From NCBI GenBank assembly GCA_965240325.2, contig OZ251248.1, positions 744,001 to 808,000 of the forward strand: a DNA stretch of 64,000 nt. Reading direction: 5' to 3'. This document shows, piece by piece, positions 59,812 through 64,000 of the stretch; within the stretch, counting starts at the first letter, position 1; each line of letters begins with the position of its first letter. The notes under the pieces were generated by a model. That model did not search any database. It was given only the letters and a program-made list of their open reading frames with translations, and was not told the origin of the DNA. Made by a program: the position numbers and the translations under genes. Source of the DNA: Rebecca billardiae RCC1528 (lineage: Eukaryota > Protista > Haptophyta).

Positions 59812-61782
59812 TATTGTACGCGACGTAGTCCCATCATCAGCATCAATAATAATAATAATAATATATATATATATATAAACTCAGCCCTGGCGGGCGGGGG
59901 GGTCGGCGGGCCGTGCCAGTGCTGTCGCAATATTTCCCCAGCGGGTTCGCGCCTTTTATTTATAGCGGTTTGACGGGCAGGATGACTACGAATAATAACA
60001 ATGCGACATCATACCGAGATGATTGTGAGCTACCCGACTCACTGACGAATAATAACGCGACAGATGACTCTGGTGCGAGCTCAGCGACAGTGTGATTGCG
60101 CGTGTATTCCTGCACCCACTGTGATGCTACTCGTCATCGTGCCGAGCCTTCGACTGCGCGCACGCACTGCCAACTGATTGGCGTGCGACGGCGGCGTGCC
60201 CGTGTGCGCCTGACGGTGACGGTTTGTCCTTGGAGCTAAACACGAAAACAGTTCAAGTTGTGGCGGAGTGTGATGTTCAGTGCATCCTACCGATTTCTGT
60301 CTCTCTGTCTCTCTGTCTCTCTATGTTGATTTCTAACGGTTATTATTATTTGAAATCAGTGTAATGGGCCCGGTCTTTATATTAAAATCGTACGTACCGT
60401 TTTACTGTCATTGACTACTGTCTAGTCATAGTATCTCCCGGCGACTGCACCCGCGTTGCGCCACTTCGGCGGTGACGGCGATGGCGTGCTGATCGCCCTC
60501 AACGCAAGGAGCGGTGGCGATGCTCAGGTCGACGTGTCTCTCGCGCGCGCGGTGGTGCGCAGCGCGCGCAGAGGCCCGTGCGGCGCTGAGGTGCTCCAGC
60601 TGGGCGGCGGCGCCGGTCGCGATCAACGGTGGGCACGCGCTGCTCGAGCAGGCACACGAAGCGCAGCGCATGCGTCACCGGCTTCACGACGTCGGCCTCC
60701 TCCCGCAGCGCCCGTGCCATGGTGGAGGATGGCGCGGCGATCTTGCACGCTCGGCGACTCATTTCTCTGCGAAAGAGCGCTTTGGCTCGGTCATAGCGCG
60801 CTGTCGCCTGCGCCGCCGACTCGCGAAGATGCGGTTCCTGCCACGGCTGCAAACCCGGCAGGTGCGTGCGGTGCGCGTCGTACGCCGCTTTGCGCTGCCC
60901 CTCCGTCGCATTGGCCACTGTCGACGCCATGCAGGCTGGACGTGGGCCCCCGAGCGCCGAGCGATCTTTGGCCGCGAGCTCGCGAGCGCGAAAGATGATC
61001 GCTGGTCAGGAGTCCTGTGCGGTAGCAAACGGATTTGCATGCGCCCGACCTTGCCAACCGGGGCACGCGACAGTCCGGTGTGTGGATTCCGGTTATGGTG
61101 TTCAGAAGGCCGCGCCAAATCTTGCGTCGCGTGCGATGGCGCTTCCCGCCCGCGAGACACCTCGTGATGAGGGCCTTTCCGCACCGAACTCGACGCGCGA
61201 CGGTGGATCGCGCGAGGTGGCTGTCGTGCGCAGCGCTTAATACTATGGCTCGTGCGAGCGCTCGACGTGCAAGTCGGGCGAGGACCGCCCCAGGTCGCAC
61301 GATCGTGTCGACGCGCCGAGCGTGCCTCCAAACGCGTCGACTTTGGCCCCCGTTCGACCTGCACGCGAGACGACGAGGGCAGCAAACGCGAATCGGGCGA
61401 AAACACGTCTCGGGAATCCCCGCGCGATGTCCGCGCCGGCGTTGGATTCGGCGCGCGCGGCCCACGCGCTCCGCGCCATCCAGGACTCTCTTTCGGCCGA
61501 GCGTCCCCAGTGGGAGCTGCGAGGGCGCCCGGTAGTGAGCGAAGCGACCCGGCAGCGAGGGAGGCGATTTTCTTTTCTTTGCGAGGCGATTTTCTTTTTT
61601 CTTTTTCTTTTTCTTATCTTTTTCCCGGGCACTACAAGGGGCGGACCTACGGCCCGCCATATATATAATATATATCCGCGCGCGACTCGATCGCGACGAT
61701 GATGACGCGAGTGATGATTAGCAGCAGGGCGCCCTGCTGGTGAATGTGATGGCGGCGCCGCCGAGCGCGTGCGCGCGGGCCG

Positions 61783-64000
61783 CTAGCCCCACAGCGACTC
61801 GGAGCGGTACACCAGGAAGTCGAGCTCCTCGTACTCCGAGTTGCGCGCGAGCAGGCTCTCGACGCGCGCGTCGATCCGGTCCGAGACCGCCTGCGCCTCC
61901 GTGAGGAACGGGTGCTGCTCGCCGCGCCGCTCCGAGATCACGTTGGAGTAGGCGATGCCGACCGTGTCGCCGGTGAGCGGGTTGGTCTCCTCGTGCACGG
62001 TCCAGCCGGCGGGCAGCGACGAGGCGAACGAGAGCATCAGCTCCGGCAGCCATGCCATCTCGGTGTCGAGGTGGACGGGGACTCCGAGCGCGTTGGCGGC
62101 GATCAGAATCTCCGGAGCCTGAGATTGCGGCAAGGGCGGGAGATCGCGGGGAGATTGCGGCAAGGGCGGGAGATCGCGGCGAGATCCGACGTGGCGGGCG
62201 GGGAGGGCGCGGCGCGACGCGTGAGGACGCGAGGGCGGCGGACGGCGCGCAGCGCAGCAGCTGTGCGCGCCAGCAGTGCACACGCAGTCCGGCGCGCCGG
62301 GCGCCCGCCCGCGCGCGCGCCCGCCCGCGCGCGCGCTCGGCCGCGCGCGCTCGGCCGCAGCGCGCGGCGCGCACCGGGCAAGGCTTGAGCCGGATGGCGG
62401 CGCTGCGCATCTGACGGTACGGCCCAGCGACCTCGCTGATCGCCTGCCGCCGCGCCTCGTCGTGGAGCTCGTCCAGCCGCTCCTCCTGCGGCCGCGGCGG
62501 CGGCCGAGCGGGCGAGCGCGCAGCGACAATGGTCAGCGGCGTGCGGTGGGCGCGCGCCGCTGCGCGCGGGCGCGCGCGGGCACGTCGCGCGCGCGCGCGG
62601 CGTGCGGCTCGGCCGCCAGGCGGCGGCATGGGCGCGCGCTCGATGTGCGGGCCCGCGCGGCCCGCGCGCGCACCCGCTCGCGGTTCACTTGCTCGAAGAC
62701 ACGCGCCACGATGGAGGAGGTCGCGCCGGTTTCGGCCGCGCTGTGCGCGGCGGCGGCGCGCTCGGCGGCGGTCGACGTGTCCGAACGCTTGCGCGTTGGC
62801 GGCCGCGGCGTCTCGATGGCCTTGCCCTTGCCCTTGCGGTTGGGCGCGAGGTAGGGCAGCGTCTGCGCGCGCGTGCCGGTGCCAAAGTCGTAATAGTACA
62901 GCGAGCCGTCCGCGCCTCCGAACTGCATCCAGCCTGCACAGGCGCAGGCGCAGCGCGCGCGGCGGCGGCGCCAGGCGTCAATGGGAGGGATGATGGGGAG
63001 TCCCGTGAATTGCCATACTTCTTCCCTCGGAGGGCGGAGGGAACGGCGCGGACGTGCCGGCATGGACCCAACACGCGGCGCGGCGCGGCGGCGCACGGCT
63101 CGCACGCGGCGGCGCACGGGAGGGCTGCGCGGCGGCGCGCGGCCTCCGCGCGGCGCAGGCGCGCGCGCGCGCGCGCGCACTGTCGTAGTGAGCAAACTTG
63201 CGCTTGACGCCCGCGCCAAACGCGCGCCGGTACGCCACGAAGTCTCGGAAGGTTCCGAGAAGCGGGTGCTCGTCGCGGCTCTCGCCCGTGAGCACGTTGA
63301 CGAAGCTGCAGTCGCCGAGGAAGCGCGGCGGCTCGGCGGGCGCGGCCTCGCGCCACAGCACGGGCAGCGGCGCGGTCAGTGCCTCGATGGCCACCCAGAG
63401 CAAGAAGTGCTCGGACGATTCGGAGGAGGCGTCGATGCTGCGCGCGGGCGCGGGCCGCGCGCGCGCGCGTGAGCGGGCGGTGTGCGCCTCGCGGCCTCCG
63501 CGCGCGGCAGCTGCACCGCGCGCACTGGGCGGGGTAGGGTTGTGGCGTAGGGCTGGCGGAGGGCGCGCGCCGCGAGCGCGCACCCGAGCAGCTCCGCCAT
63601 CGCCGCCACGTCTTCGGGCGCGACCGGGCGCACGGCGCGCGGCTGCATCGACGGGCGCGGCTGAAGCTGCATGCACGCGACCACCTGCTCGATCGACGAC
63701 GCGGCGACGCCCGCGTTGTACCCGAGCTCCTGCCGGCTGAGCTCGCTCGCCGCGCGGCTGAGCCGGGTGAACAGCTTGCGCTCGTCGCCGTGGCGCTCGA
63801 GTGACACCCACGGCGCCTCCCGCTCCGTGGGCACCGGCACTCGGACCGCGAGCGCGGCGGCGGCCTCGGCGCCGGCGCCGGCGCGCCTGTCGGTGAGCTG
63901 CGCGTGCGCCGCGCGCACGGCGTGCATCGTCTTCGCCAGCCGGCGCTTGAGCGGGCGGCGCGTCGCGTACACTCGCTCGAGCCGGCGCACGACCGCGGCC
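61783..64000 (-). CDS. 3' part of a multi-WW-domain protein with CEP164-like N-terminal modules (start outside window; 4 introns visible)
   Basis: MAELLG|IDAS..HFLLWVAIEALTAPLPVLW..FVNVLTGESRDEHPL, SWMQFGGADGSLYYYDF, and EILIAANALGV..EMAWL..LPAGW..YSNVIS..EQHPF. Confidence 0.75.

Noticed and set aside
60780-60820. TARYDR as a tyrosine recombinase catalytic motif
   Set aside because: The required upstream HxxR and LGH motifs are absent.
61630-61640. CACTACAAG as a CACTA transposon terminus
   Set aside because: No matching inverted end was found in the window, and a host gene follows within 150 bp.

Overview
This is very GC-rich eukaryotic nuclear DNA. It has spliceosomal GT-AG introns made of (GC)n tracts and a class II aldolase with an ER signal peptide, which point to an alga with a complex plastid. 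A haptophyte (Pavlovales-like) is plausible, but this is inference. The first ~24 kb is repeat-rich. It holds a 221/236-bp satellite with a 678-bp higher-order pattern, an array of 22-bp palindromes, a 620-bp foldback, a TA-flanked pogo-like transposon carrying a perfect 143-bp-arm hairpin, and a 3.1-kb element with 664-bp TIRs and a 5-bp TSD. Katanin p60, a calcineurin B-like protein and a Q/M-rich orphan lie among these repeats. The remainder is gene-dense: PPWD1-type WD40-cyclophilin, GT14 glycosyltransferase, a small membrane protein, an ankyrin-MoeB-rhodanese fusion, FBA class II, a long coiled-coil protein, an AID/APOBEC-like deaminase, an acylated PKA regulatory subunit, an LMBR1-family protein, 2-oxoglutarate dehydrogenase E1, a head-to-head pair of F-box/RCC1 genes (one with an in-frame TGA) and a CEP164-like multi-WW gene. 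The strongest leads are the intronless AID/APOBEC-like deaminase, the bacterial-type MoeZ fused to ankyrins, the unclassified long-TIR element and the hairpin-carrying pogo element. All calls were made by eye from motifs; no database search was run.
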